From an uncultured Planctomycetaceae bacterium (GTDB lineage Bacteria; Planctomycetota; Planctomycetia; Pirellulales; PALSA-1355): 64,000 nucleotides of DNA. A program made the translations under genes and the position numbers. The stretch spans positions 667,287-731,286 of the forward strand of contig OY970273.1 in the NCBI GenBank assembly GCA_963715755.1, in the 5' to 3' direction. The notes beneath the pieces were generated by a model that had not been told where the DNA came from, made no database searches, and was given only the letters and a program-made list of their open reading frames with translations. Shown piece after piece: positions 33,758-43,767 of the stretch; the first letter of the stretch is position 1; the number at the start of each line of letters is the position of its first letter.

Positions 33758-33916
33758 ATGAGCGAAATGAAGCCATCGCGTCGTCAGTTGCTGACGATTG
33801 GCCTCAAGGCGTTGGCCGTGGCCGTACCGGTCGCGGTCGTGGCGTCGGGCAAGCCGGCCAAAGCGGCCCCGGGCCCGGTGGAATTTCGCCGTCGCTGGCG
33901 CCGTCGTTGGTGGTAG
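33758..33916 (+). CDS. 52-aa Tat-signal-like peptide ending in an Arg/Trp-rich tail (MSEMKPSRRQLLTIGLKALAVAVPVAVVASGKPAKAAPGPVEFRRRWRRRWW)
   Basis: Not in the ORF track because it is shorter than 60 aa; this is my own translation. A strong RBS (AAGGAGG) sits 7 nt upstream of the ATG. It has its own promoter-like element upstream and a terminator downstream. Confidence 0.55.
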   Translation: MSEMKPSRRQLLTIGLKALAVAVPVAVVASGKPAKAAPGPVEFRRRWRRRWW

Positions 33917-33990
33917 TCGACGCGGACGGAATGGATTCCGACCACAGGCCAGGCCGCCCCAGCGCGGCGGCCTGGAAGTAGGAAATCAAA

Positions 33991-34034
33991 CAGAAAGCCG
34001 GGCCCTGAAACCAGGTCCCGGCTTTCTGTGTTTT
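33991..34034 (+). terminator. Rho-independent terminator
   Basis: A 12-bp perfect stem (cagaaagccggg / cccggctttctg) has an 8-nt loop region and is followed by TGTTTT. Confidence 0.7.
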
Positions 34035-34521
34035 GGGGACCCCCGTGGGAATGGAACGCACAATGGTTTTCGCTGCCGCCGCTGCGGGGTGGCTGCCCGC
34101 TCGGGCGGGAATGCTATTGCGCGCCGCCGCGCTTGATCGCATCTTTTCCGCTCGTTGAACTGGCGGCCGATTGCGGTCCGTTTTCGGCCCCCCCGCGACG
34201 CATCGGAAGCGGGACGGTTTATGTCAAGGATTCTTGATCGGGGCTTGCGTTTCGATTTTTCTTGTCTATAGTGGCGCGAGCGGCGCAGCTATTTTGGCGC
34301 TGCTCAAGTGTTGGCTGTAGAGCTAGTCAGCCTCACTTGTCACTCTCGGGTCTGGCACGCTGCAGCGCAGTCTGCCAGGCCGCTGAGCTGGCGGAGTTCT
34401 GGACAGTAATCTTGACAGGTGTTCACGGCCTTTATGCGAAGTTTTTATTCAAATTCACGTTTTTTGTGTTTACTTTAACCGTTAGCACGCACGCACACCC
34501 TATTCTTGCCTGGAGAATGTC

Positions 34522-35319
34522 ATGAAACGCGCCTCTTTGATCGCCTGTGCCCTGACGCTGGTTCTGGCCCTTGGCACGCAGAACGCCGCTCAAGCCCTAG
34601 ACATCGCCGGCGCCACGGTCACGGCCGGCTATTTGTTCGGCGGCAATACGAACGACATTTCCGGCAACGGCTTCAACGGCACGGTGAACGGCACGACCGC
34701 CTACACCGCCGGTCCGGGCGGGCGGAGCGCCTTCAGCTTCGACGGCGGTACCAACATCGCGACGACCACGACGAACAACCTGCAGCTCAACAACCACTCA
34801 TTCACCGTCGACGCCTGGGTCAATTTCAACGACTTTGGCACCCTCAATAACGGCAGGGCCGTCTTCGGCACCCCCGCGACCGGAAGCACAGACCAGGGCT
34901 TGCACTTGCAGGAGCGGTTGGCCGGTGGTGGGCCGACCCCCGCGATTATGATGGGCTTCTACGGTGACGACTTGCAGCCGAACGCCCCCGCCCTGACGTT
35001 GAATCAGTGGTACAACGTGGCTTGGGTCTTCGACGCCTCACACAACTTGCAAAGCATCTACGAGAACGGCGTGCTTGTGGGGACCAACACCACGGGTGGG
35101 CAGTTCAACAATGCCGGTGCGATTGCCTCAATCGGCAACGACTGCTGCGGAAGCCAAATGAGCGGTGCCATCAGCAACCTGTTTGTCTTCAACACGGCCC
35201 TGACCGGGGATCAGATCCAGCAGGTCGCGGCGGTGGTTCCCGAACCGTCGAGCATCGTCCTGCTCGGGTTCGCCGGGGTCGGGCTGCTGGTCGCCGCCCG
35301 TCGCCGCCGCCGGGCCTAA
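34522..35319 (+). CDS. PEP-CTERM-anchored secreted protein with LamG/concanavalin-like domain
   Basis: ORF 34522..35319. It has a signal peptide, a LamG-like body (FTVDAWVNFND..., WYNVAWVFD..., LFVFNTALT) and a C-terminal VPEPSSIVLLGFAGVGLLVAARRRRRA. Confidence 0.85.
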   Translation: MKRASLIACALTLVLALGTQNAAQALDIAGATVTAGYLFGGNTNDISGNGFNGTVNGTTAYTAGPGGRSAFSFDGGTNIATTTTNNLQLNNHSFTVDAWVNFNDFGTLNNGRAVFGTPATGSTDQGLHLQERLAGGGPTPAIMMGFYGDDLQPNAPALTLNQWYNVAWVFDASHNLQSIYENGVLVGTNTTGGQFNNAGAIASIGNDCCGSQMSGAISNLFVFNTALTGDQIQQVAAVVPEPSSIVLLGFAGVGLLVAARRRRRA

Positions 35320-35348
35320 GAGCCGGCTCTCGACAATTCGACTTGGCG

Positions 35349-35386
35349 AAAGCCCCACGGTCCAGGCCCGCGGGGCTTTTGCTTTT
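35349..35386 (+). terminator. Probable bidirectional terminator between convergent genes
   Basis: The stem aaagccccacgg / ccgcggggcttt is followed by tgcttttgg. Confidence 0.5.
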
Positions 35387-35553
35387 GGTCCACGAGCCGC
35401 GAACAGCCCGGCCGCCTGGGGCCGCGGTTCGACGCGGCTGCGACGCGCCCCTTCGACGATCCGCCCCAGGTTCTCTGGCGGCGCAGCACGGCACCGTAAT
35501 GACGCCGGGCAGCCCTCACCAGGCTGACAAAGTTCGCGCGCCGTGCAACAGAC

Positions 35554-37606
35554 TCAGTTGCGGAACTTGTCTTTGGTGCTCAGGTCGGTGTAGAGCGGCA
35601 TGTGCCGGTAATAGACCTCGAGGATCATCGTGGCCAGGGCGGTGCAGTAGAGTCGGCCGCCGGGCGCCAGGCCATGATCCGAGCCTTCGAAGTGCCAGCT
35701 GCCCCGGGCGTGTCCCTGGTCGAGCTGCGTCTTGACCAGGTAGTCGCGCATGGCGACGTTCCAGCGCTGCCAATCGGAGCCGCCGAAGTGGTGCATGACC
35801 TGAGTCGCGTAATAATTGTAGTACATGTTGTTGCGGGGGAGCCCCGTCTTGTCGAGCGAGGGGCCCAGCTGCACCAATCCGGCCACGCCGCGCTGCAGCG
35901 TCGGGTTTTCGCGTTCCCAGCCCATGTACATCCGGCAGAGCAGGCCGATCGCCGTGGTGGCCGGACCGTTGCCGGGCCCCGTGTAGCCATAGAAGGATCC
36001 GCCGTCGGTCTGCACCGAGTCGAGGAAGTAGCCGGCCTTGACGATCGATTCGGGCGGCACCTTGAGGTATGCCATGTGGGCGCTCTTCGAGCGCCATCAC
36101 TTGCCAACCGACCACCGACGTGTCGCCGGCTTGCTGCGGAAAGTACCGCCAGCCGCCGCTGAGCGGGTTCGGATCCTGCGCCGAGACGATGAAGTTGACC
36201 GCACGCTGGGCCGGATCCTGCAGCCAACGGTCGTGGGTCATGCCGTAGGCTTCGCACAGGGCAATCGACGCGAGGCCGTGGCCGTACATGCGGCCCCCCG
36301 GCTCGAGCAGGCTGGCCCGGTCCCCTTCGACATGGGTCGAGCGGACCAGGAAGTACAGCCCGTTTTCGATGGTCTTCTTGTACTTGCCCTGATGGTGGGT
36401 TTCGCCGGTGCCCAGGAACGGAAGGAGGGCCATCGCCGTGGCCGCGATTTTGGCTTGCCCCTGGCTGCCCGGATCTTTGCAGCGCCCGTGACACTTGGGA
36501 GCGGCACGGTGATCGAACGACCAGCTGCCGTCGGCGTTTTGATGCTCGGCCAGCCAGCGCAGCCCCTTGTCGACCGCCGCTTCGCTGGCCGGAGTCCCGC
36601 CACCGATGGCCACTAGTCGGGCCCGGCTCCCGGCACTGAGCCGATTTTGCAGCGAACGGCCGATCGAATCGCCGACCCCGCCCATCAGGTCGCCGCCGTC
36701 CCCCGGTGCCCCGATGCCCAGCGGGCTGACGTTGCTCGGGCCCATGCCGCCGAGCGCCAGGTCGATCTCGGGCACGGCCGGCCCCAGGTTGGCGTCGACG
36801 ACGCGGTTGCTGATTTCGTTGGCCGTGGGGCCGGCAACCAGTTCGTCGCTACTGGGCTCCGGCGCGGCCGCCAGGTTTTGCTGCGGGATGTCTTCCAGAG
36901 CTTCGGGATCGTTGCCTTCCGCGGTGTAGGTTCCGGTCTCCGCGACCGTGCCCCCTTTGTCCGAACCGTAGTGCGGTGTTTGCAGGACCGAACCCGTGGC
37001 CAGGAGCAACAGCAGCACCAGGTGCACCACCGTGCTGGTCAGCCAGCTGGGCATCTGCGACCAGATGCCGGCGTACACCGTGTCGTCGGCCGCGACTTCG
37101 ACGACTGGCGGCGGAGGTTCGGGCGGGGTCGCGTTGGCCGGCACAGGCGGAGGCGCCGTCGGCGCTGCGGCGGGGGCACCGGGCAGCGGCGGCGGTGGAC
37201 CGGCCGCTGGGGGCAAGGCGCTCGGAGGCGTCATCGCCGGAGGCGTCACGGCGGGCGGGGTATTCGTGGTCGCGGCGGCACCGGTGGGCAATGAGCCCGC
37301 GCTGCCCGAGGGCCGCGCGTTATTCGAGGACCCGTTACTCGAGGGCGCCGCGGGCGAAATTGCGCCGGCCGCGTTTCCGGCCGGGGGCAATGGCGGCGGC
37401 GCAGTGCCGGCCCCGGCCGATGGTTCGTAGACTGCGACGGCTGCTGTCTTGGGCGGCAGCGGCGGTGGCGCCGACGCGCCCTGCCCCGACACGCCTGCGG
37501 GCGTTTCCGGCGGCGCAGTGCTGGCGGGCGCAGCCTCGGGCAAAGTTGCCGCCGGCTGATTGGCAGCAGCGGATTCGCTGTCGGCGGCTGTAATGATCGT
37601 GGCCAT
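35554..37606 (-). CDS. Membrane-anchored prenyltransferase/squalene-oxidase-repeat protein with Pro/Ala-rich N-terminus, one apparent frameshift ~36080
   Basis: ATG at 37606 in ORF 35516..37720. That ORF holds the Pro-rich region, a TM helix and the repeats (ADGSWSF, GGWRY). The C-terminal 173 aa are in ORF 35554..36075 and join at WQVMAL.../MAYLKVP. Confidence 0.8.
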
Positions 37607-38038
37607 TGGCTCGAACAAACCCCGGCGCACAAAGCCTGCGCTCGACCAAACCCCGAAGAAATCCCGGTGCCGGCGCTCCGTGCAAGGACGCAACGGTCCT
37701 GCACTCATTAGTTTACGCAAGATCCGAGAAAAGTAGACACGCCTGGGCCCACATTTCCGCCGGGTAGAGGTCGTTTTATCCTATCTGCGCCGGCAGCCAG
37801 GGCCCAGCCGGGGCGGCCGATTCGGCCTTTTTCCCTTCCCGGCGGGCTGTCCGGAGCCGGCCGGTAATCGGGCAAGTGCCCCTGGTCATAGTCGGGCCGG
37901 ACTTTGTACAATCTGTGGTTTTGACCCTCCAAGAATGAAACCGGGCAGCCCGCCTGCGGTTCCGAGAGCGGGCCAGCTTCGCACGCCGAGTCGGGCCGCC
38001 TCATGAGCGCGTGCCGCGGGCAAAGGAAGTGAATCGCG

Positions 38039-38203
38039 ATGGCCAAAGGCAAAAAGAAGGTCGAAACCGTGTTTCTGGTCTGCGACGAGACCGGCGACTA
38101 CAACTACACCCTGCGGCGCAAATCGGGGGGCGAAAAGCTCAAGCTGAGCAAGTATTCGCCCCGCCTGCGGCGGCACACGCCCCACACCGAAAAGAAGAAA
38201 TAG
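38039..38203 (+). CDS. rpmG: 50S ribosomal protein L33
   Basis: Not in the ORF track; my own translation is MAKGKKKVETVFLVCDETGDYNYTLRRKSGGEKLKLSKYSPRLRRHTPHTEKKK. This matches the L33 pattern (KL.L.KY.P..R.HT.H.E.K). Confidence 0.9.
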   Translation: MAKGKKKVETVFLVCDETGDYNYTLRRKSGGEKLKLSKYSPRLRRHTPHTEKKK

Positions 38204-38493
38204 GGCCCGCCCTCGCGCCCCTTGCCGCCAGCCCTCACGCCCGGCGCTCACGTCGGGCGCCGCAGATCTGCGGCGCCTGCGCGGCGGCTATTTTCTTCTC
38301 TTTCCTTCTGACGCCGCGGGCATAGAATTCGGGCGTTTGCGGCGGATCGACGGCCGCTGGCTCCTGGCGCGCCCCACGGTCGCCGTGAGCGTGCGTCCTG
38401 AGCTTGCCGCGAGTTGTGCGCAGGATCCTTCGCCCTCGGAACACGAAGGCCTCCTGCGGGTTATTCACTTCCTATGGGGAGAGGAGGCGTGTC

Positions 38494-39783
38494 ATGCTGC
38501 GCTCGTGCTGGCTCGTTGCTGCGCTGGGGGGATTTCTAACAGGCGCCCTGTCCCAAGCGGTGCGATCGGCCCCGCCGGATGGACCGGCCGCCGCGTCGAC
38601 GACAAGTCCCGGGTCTTCGCTGCTCAATCGAACGGTCATCGAGCGGCGGCGGATCGGCGAATTGATCGAGCGCGAAGTCGAAGCCGGGTTGGCCGGCGCC
38701 GCGGCCGGCATGGCCCAGAATCCCTCGGCCGCACTTGCCGAACTCAAAACGCTGCAGCATCTGGTGCGCGTGGCGCCTGAGCTTTCCGCCGAACTCCGGG
38801 CCAGATTGAGCGGCCGCTTGGAATCGGCCTTGCAGACTGCCGCCCGCCGGGATGCGGAGTTTCAGGAGCGGCAGCTCGCCGCAGCGCAGGCCCGGGCAGC
38901 GGCCGAAGAGCGAATGCTCGTTGCCGGCAACCTGGCCAGCCGACAGGAGCGGATCAAGCAGCTCTCTGAGAGATTCGACGCCCTGATGCACGAGGGACGG
39001 TACGCGCAAGCCCAAAGCGTGGCCGACGGGCTCGACACCGATTCATCCCCGGAAGCCCAGGTCGTGCGGACCAGTCTGCAAGGCAACTTGCGTGCGATCA
39101 GCAGTCTGGACGAGGCCCTGGCCCAGCGCAGTCGTCGGCAGCAAAACGTCGTGCACGCGCTGGCGCTGGTCGAGTCGGCGAGCAGCGCGTTTCCGGACGA
39201 CGAGCCGATCGTGTATCCGCAGGCGGAGGTTTGGCAGGACCTGACCCGCCGCCGGGCGAAATATGCCCGCACGGATTTGCGCAACTCGACGCCGGCCGAG
39301 GCCCGCGTTTCGCGCGCGTTGGCAGAGCCCACGAACTGCGACTTTGTCCAGACGTCGCTGGCCGACGCGATGGCGTATTTGAAGGACTTGCACGGCATCG
39401 AGATTCAGTTCGACGCCAAAGCTTTGGAGGAGAACAGCATCGACCTGGACGCGCCCGTCACGCAGCGTCTGGATGGGATCAGCCTCCGTTCGGCGCTGCG
39501 GCTGCTCTTGGGCTCCCTGGACCTGACGTACCTGATCGACAACGAAGTGCTCCTGATCACCACTCCCGACCGGGCCGGCCAAAAGCTCACGACCAGGGTC
39601 TATCCGGTGGGCGAACTGGTGCAGCCGATTCGCCTGCCGCAGTTCGGCTCCGGCTTCGGTCCCCCGGCCGGGTTTGGAGGAGGTCAGCAGGGTCAGTCCG
39701 GACAGTCGGGCGGAGGCGGCCCGTTGCATCTGCCGGGGCAGAACCAGAACAACGGCAACGGGCAGTTCCCCGGCGTTTTCTAG
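38494..39783 (+). CDS. Secreted protein: signal peptide, coiled-coil region, STN-like (secretin/TonB N-terminal-like) domain, Gly/Gln-rich tail (paralog 1)
   Basis: ORF 38404..39783. The ATG at 38494 is preceded by GAGGAGG. The STN-like segment is FVQTSLADAMAYLKDLHGIEIQFD...ISLRSALRLLLGSLDLTYLIDNEVLLITT. The tail is GFGGGQQGQSGQSGGGG. Confidence 0.7.
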   Translation: MLRSCWLVAALGGFLTGALSQAVRSAPPDGPAAASTTSPGSSLLNRTVIERRRIGELIEREVEAGLAGAAAGMAQNPSAALAELKTLQHLVRVAPELSAELRARLSGRLESALQTAARRDAEFQERQLAAAQARAAAEERMLVAGNLASRQERIKQLSERFDALMHEGRYAQAQSVADGLDTDSSPEAQVVRTSLQGNLRAISSLDEALAQRSRRQQNVVHALALVESASSAFPDDEPIVYPQAEVWQDLTRRRAKYARTDLRNSTPAEARVSRALAEPTNCDFVQTSLADAMAYLKDLHGIEIQFDAKALEENSIDLDAPVTQRLDGISLRSALRLLLGSLDLTYLIDNEVLLITTPDRAGQKLTTRVYPVGELVQPIRLPQFGSGFGPPAGFGGGQQGQSGQSGGGGPLHLPGQNQNNGNGQFPGVF

Positions 39784-40065
39784 CTCGGCCGGCGGCCGGC
39801 CCACGGTCGGGGGGGAGGGAGCCGAATCGCCCGGTGGGCGAAGAAGTTCACCCCCCAGTGCGAATATTGCACAGTCCGGGGACCGAATTAGAATAAAGTC
39901 GGCCTGGTGGCGGCGGATCGAGGTTTCTCGACGTCGTCCGTCCGGGCCCAGGCCGATAAGCGTTTGGACGGCTATGCGGCGGCGGCGCTGCCATCAAGCG
40001 GTCGTGGCTTGCGTGGATGACTGGAAACCTAGAAGGGACGACTTCTTTACCTGCCGGAGGGAGTT

Positions 40066-41472
40066 ATGAGCTGTCGCGGTTATCGAGCGGTTTGGTTGCC
40101 GGCAATCTCGGCCGGCGTGGCGGCCTTGGCGATCTTGCAAGGCGCGTCGACGGGCCTGGCGCAAAACAGCGCGGGCATTCTCGGTGGCACCACCCCGCCG
40201 GTGGTTCCGCTCGATCCTTCCACGGCCGACGAGTACAACCCGTCGCTGCTGGACAAGACGGTCGATCAAAACAACCTGATCGCTTCGGTCATCAAGGCCG
40301 ACGTCGAGAACGAATTGAAGGATGCCCGGACGCGGATGGCGACCGATCCGCTGGGCGTGCAGGGCACGCTCAAGGTGGCGCTCGAGCGGGTGATCAAAGC
40401 GCCCGAGCTGAGCAGCGAGTTGCGGGCGCAGTTGCGCGGCCAGATCGGGGCGGTGCTGCGCGAGTCGGGACGCCGGGCATCGGAGAAGGAACAGCGCGAC
40501 ATTGAAGTCGAGCAAGCCCGGGCCGCGGCCGAAGAACGGCTGCGGATCACGCAATCGCTCGATCGCAATCAAGAGAAGATCAAGCAGTTGATGGACCGCT
40601 TCAATTCGCTGATGTCCGAAGGCCGCTATCTGCTGGCCGAGGAAGCCGCGGCGAACGAAGTCCAGGAAATGGCGCCGAACGATCCGGTCTCGGTGGCGGC
40701 GGTGCTCGACGCCCGGACCACGCGTTACGTCACGCAGGCCCACGTCACGAACACGACGCGTCGCAAGGCGGTGGTGGATTGCCTGGCCCAGGTGGAATAC
40801 GCCCACATCCCCTTCCCCGACGACCAGCCGATCGTCTATCCCGACGCCCAGGTCTGGGAAGAACTGTCGTTGCGGCGGAAGAAGTGGAAGGATTTCGCCT
40901 CGGCCGACATCAAGGACCAGAAGGGCGCCGCGGCCCGCATTCGCAAGCAGCTGGACGAGCCGACGAGCATTGAATTCGTCGAAGCCCCGTTGCAGGACGT
41001 GGTCGACTATCTGAAGGACCTGCACAACATCGAGATTCAGATCGACACCAAGGCCCTGGAAGACGCGAGCATCGGCCCCGATACGCCGGTCACCCGCAAC
41101 CTCAAGGGCATCACGCTCAAAAGCGCGCTCCGCCTGATGCTCGGCGCCATGGACCTGACCTACGTCATCAAGAACGAAGTGCTGATGATCACCACCCCGG
41201 AAAAGGCCGGCAATGAGCTGGTCACCAAGGTCTACCCCGTGGCCGACCTCGTGATTCCGATCCAAGTCATGCGCATGGGCGGTGGCGGCGGTGGATTCGG
41301 CATGGGCGGCGGCATGGGTGGCGGCATGGGCGGCGGCATGGGCGGCGGCATGGGTGGCGGCATGGGTGGCGGCATGGGTGGCATGGGCATGGGTGGCATG
41401 GGCGGGATGGGTGGCGGCATGGGTGGCATGGGCGGCGGTGGCGGCTTCTTCAGCGTCCGCGACGCCCGGTAG
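40066..41472 (+). CDS. Secreted protein, paralog 2 of 38494..39783, ending in a (GGGM)n low-complexity tail
   Basis: ORF 40066..41472, preceded by GGAGGGA. It has the same architecture as paralog 1 (FVEAPLQDVVDYLKDLHNIEIQID...ITLKSALRLMLGAMDLTYVIKNEVLMITT). The tail is GGGGGGFGMGGGMGGGMGGGM.... Confidence 0.7.
   Translation: MSCRGYRAVWLPAISAGVAALAILQGASTGLAQNSAGILGGTTPPVVPLDPSTADEYNPSLLDKTVDQNNLIASVIKADVENELKDARTRMATDPLGVQGTLKVALERVIKAPELSSELRAQLRGQIGAVLRESGRRASEKEQRDIEVEQARAAAEERLRITQSLDRNQEKIKQLMDRFNSLMSEGRYLLAEEAAANEVQEMAPNDPVSVAAVLDARTTRYVTQAHVTNTTRRKAVVDCLAQVEYAHIPFPDDQPIVYPDAQVWEELSLRRKKWKDFASADIKDQKGAAARIRKQLDEPTSIEFVEAPLQDVVDYLKDLHNIEIQIDTKALEDASIGPDTPVTRNLKGITLKSALRLMLGAMDLTYVIKNEVLMITTPEKAGNELVTKVYPVADLVIPIQVMRMGGGGGGFGMGGGMGGGMGGGMGGGMGGGMGGGMGGMGMGGMGGMGGGMGGMGGGGGFFSVRDAR
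41275..41445 (+). repeat. In-frame 12-nt tandem repeat (ggcatgggYggc) encoding (GGGM)n
   Basis: Read directly. The period is mostly 12 nt (4 codons), with some 9-nt units, and it lies entirely inside ORF 40066..41472. Confidence 0.9.
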
Positions 41473-41519
41473 TGCCTCACCGAGAGCACCCGTCGATTTT
41501 TAGCCTGAGATGATTCGCA

Positions 41520-41563
41520 CAGCCGGCCACTTTCCCGCGTGGAAGTGGGCCGGCTGTTTTTTT
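41520..41563 (+). terminator. Rho-independent terminator
   Basis: The stem cagccggcc(a)cttt / gaagtgggccggctg is followed by TTTTTTT. Confidence 0.7.
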
Positions 41564-41736
41564 GCCCGGCGAGCGCGCTGGCCCCGGGCCGCCCGGCGCC
41601 AAGAACAACCGTACTGTCGTTGGCGTCGTGCTGCCCCGGCACGGCGATCGCTTGCTGGCTGCCACGCGATTTGATTCAATGCACGGGGCTGCCGCCCCGG
41701 CGCCCTTGCGCCGAGCGATCTCGTTCAGGGAAGAAA

Positions 41737-43520
41737 ATGCCCAAACAGTGGAGGATCCACCCGCACGACGCCGATCGGATTGCGCACCTGGAACGCGCGG
41801 CGGGCATCTCGGCGGTGGCGGCTCAGCTGCTCGTCTGCCGCGGAATCTGCGATCCGCAGGCGGCCCGCACGTTTCTGGCCCCCACGCTTTCGGGGCTGTT
41901 CGATCCCGAGGATTTGCCCGGCGCCGCCGGCGCCGCCGAGCGCTTGCTGGCGGCCGTGGCCGCCCGGCGAAAGATCGTGATTTACGGCGATTACGACGTC
42001 GATGGCATGTCGGGCACGGCGGTGCTGCTGTTGGCCCTGCGGCTGCTGGCGGCGGACGTCAGCTATTACGTGCCCAATCGGCTCGACGAAGGCTACGGGC
42101 TGAACGGGGCCGCCCTGGCCACTCTGGCCCAGCGCGGGGCACAAGTGATCGTCACGGTCGACTGCGGCATCGCCAGCCTGGAAGAGGCGGTCCAGGCCCG
42201 CGCGCTGGGGCTGGAGCTGATCGTCACCGACCATCATTCGCTGGCTGCCGAGTTGCCGGCGGCGGCCGAGATCGTCCATCCGGCGCTGCCCGGCACGGCC
42301 TATCCGTTCGTCGGGCTGTGCGGGGCGGGCGTGGCGTTCAAATTGGCTTGGGCCCTCTGCCAGCGGGCCAGCCAGTCGAAGCGCGTGGGCGAGCCGATGA
42401 AGAATTTCCTGCTCGAAGCGGTGGGCCTGGTCGCCCTGGGCACCGTGGCCGACATGGTGCCGCTGGTGAGCGAGAACCGGATCTTCGTGCGGCATGGGCT
42501 GGTCAGCATCAAGTCGCGCCCTCGGTCGGCCTGGCCGCGCTGCTGAAATTGACCGGACTCCACCAGAAAGCGGCGCTGGCCAGCGAGGACGTGGCCTTCT
42601 CGATCGCTCCGCGCTTGAATGCCGCCGGCCGCCTCGGGCAGGCGATGCTGGGGGTCGAATTGCTCACCACGGCGTCGGCCGAGCGCGGGCAGGCCCTGGC
42701 CGAATACCTGCATGAACTCAACGGCAGCCGCGACAGCCTGGAACGCAGCGTCTACCTGGCTGCTCTCAAGCAAGCCCAGGACGAATTCGACCCCCAGGGG
42801 GATCCGGCCCTGGTGCTGGCCGGCCGGGGCTGGCATCCGGGCGTGATTGGCATTGTCGCGGGCCGGCTGGCCGAGAAGTTCCATCGCCCCGTCGTGCTCG
42901 TGGCGCTGGACGATTTGGGCGTCAAGCCGGGCGTTGGCTCGGCCCGGAGCATTCCGGGGGTCGACCTGCACGCCGCCTTGGGACAGTGCAGCGAGCATCT
43001 GCTGAGCCACGGCGGCCATGCGGCCGCGGCCGGATTGAAACTGGCCGAAGGCCAGGTGGCGGGTTTTCGGGCCGCGTTTTGCGAAGTGATCGGCGATGCA
43101 ACTTCGCCCGAAGCCCGAATCGCCGTGCTCCGGATCGACGCCGAGGTGCCCCTGGCGGTGCTGTCCCTGGCTGCGGTGGGCGAGCTGGAACGGCTGGCGC
43201 CGTTCGGCCAAGGCAATGCCCGGCCGCTCTTGTGTGCTTCGGAGGTGACGCTGGCCGAGCCGCCGCGGCGGATCGGCGGCGGCGAGCGGCATTTGTCGCT
43301 GCGGCTGGTGCAGCACGGCGTGGCGCTGCGCGGCGTGGCGTTTGGCGGCGGGGACTGGGCCGAAGAATTGACCGCTGCCGGCCCCATCGACGTGGCCTTT
43401 CGGCCGGTCATCAACGAATTCCGCGGCCGGCGGAACGTCGAGGTCCAGGTTTGCGATTGGCGAGTGGCGGGCGCCGTGTCGCCGGGCGCTGGCCGGGCCG
43501 CCGCCTCCACCGCGGGCTAA
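41737..43520 (+). CDS. recJ: Single-stranded-DNA-specific exonuclease RecJ, one apparent frameshift ~42520
   Basis: ATG at 41737 in ORF 41539..42546, which carries the DHH motifs (YGDYDVDG, TVDCG, VTDHHS). The rest is in ORF 41562..43520 (APRLNAAGRL, DHHA1-like GGHAAAAG). Restoring one C in cgccctcgg repairs the frame. Confidence 0.9.
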
Positions 43521-43767
43521 TGGCCTCCCTCTTGCGGCCCCTCCGTTAGCCCGGACTTAGCAGTGTGCTCATTGTAGCCACACGGGGGGCACCGTCTTGG
43601 GCGGTCTCTTTCTCATTCCTGGCCACTGGTCGTCTGGCGCTCAACCAGGGTTTGCGGATTCTCATCTGGATTCTCTACCCGGCAAGTCGGATACTGGTAT
43701 GCGGAGCTGAGCAAGAGCGGCACGCTTTGGACCTGAGGGTTCCCGACCTTGGACCAGAGGGACCGCA

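Noticed and set aside
34565-34590. A TGGCAC-containing GG-N10-GC string resembling a sigma-54 promoter. A similar string occurs at 15871.
   Set aside because: Both lie inside coding sequences (the PEP-CTERM signal peptide and the acyltransferase). Neither is positioned upstream of a gene start.
41275-41445. A regular short-period repeat, considered as a possible CRISPR array or assembly artefact.
   Set aside because: There are no spacers, and the period is mostly 12 nt (with some 9-nt units), all multiples of three. It is fully in frame within a well-supported ORF with an RBS and terminator. It therefore encodes a (GGGM)n tail. Repeat length could still be mis-assembled.
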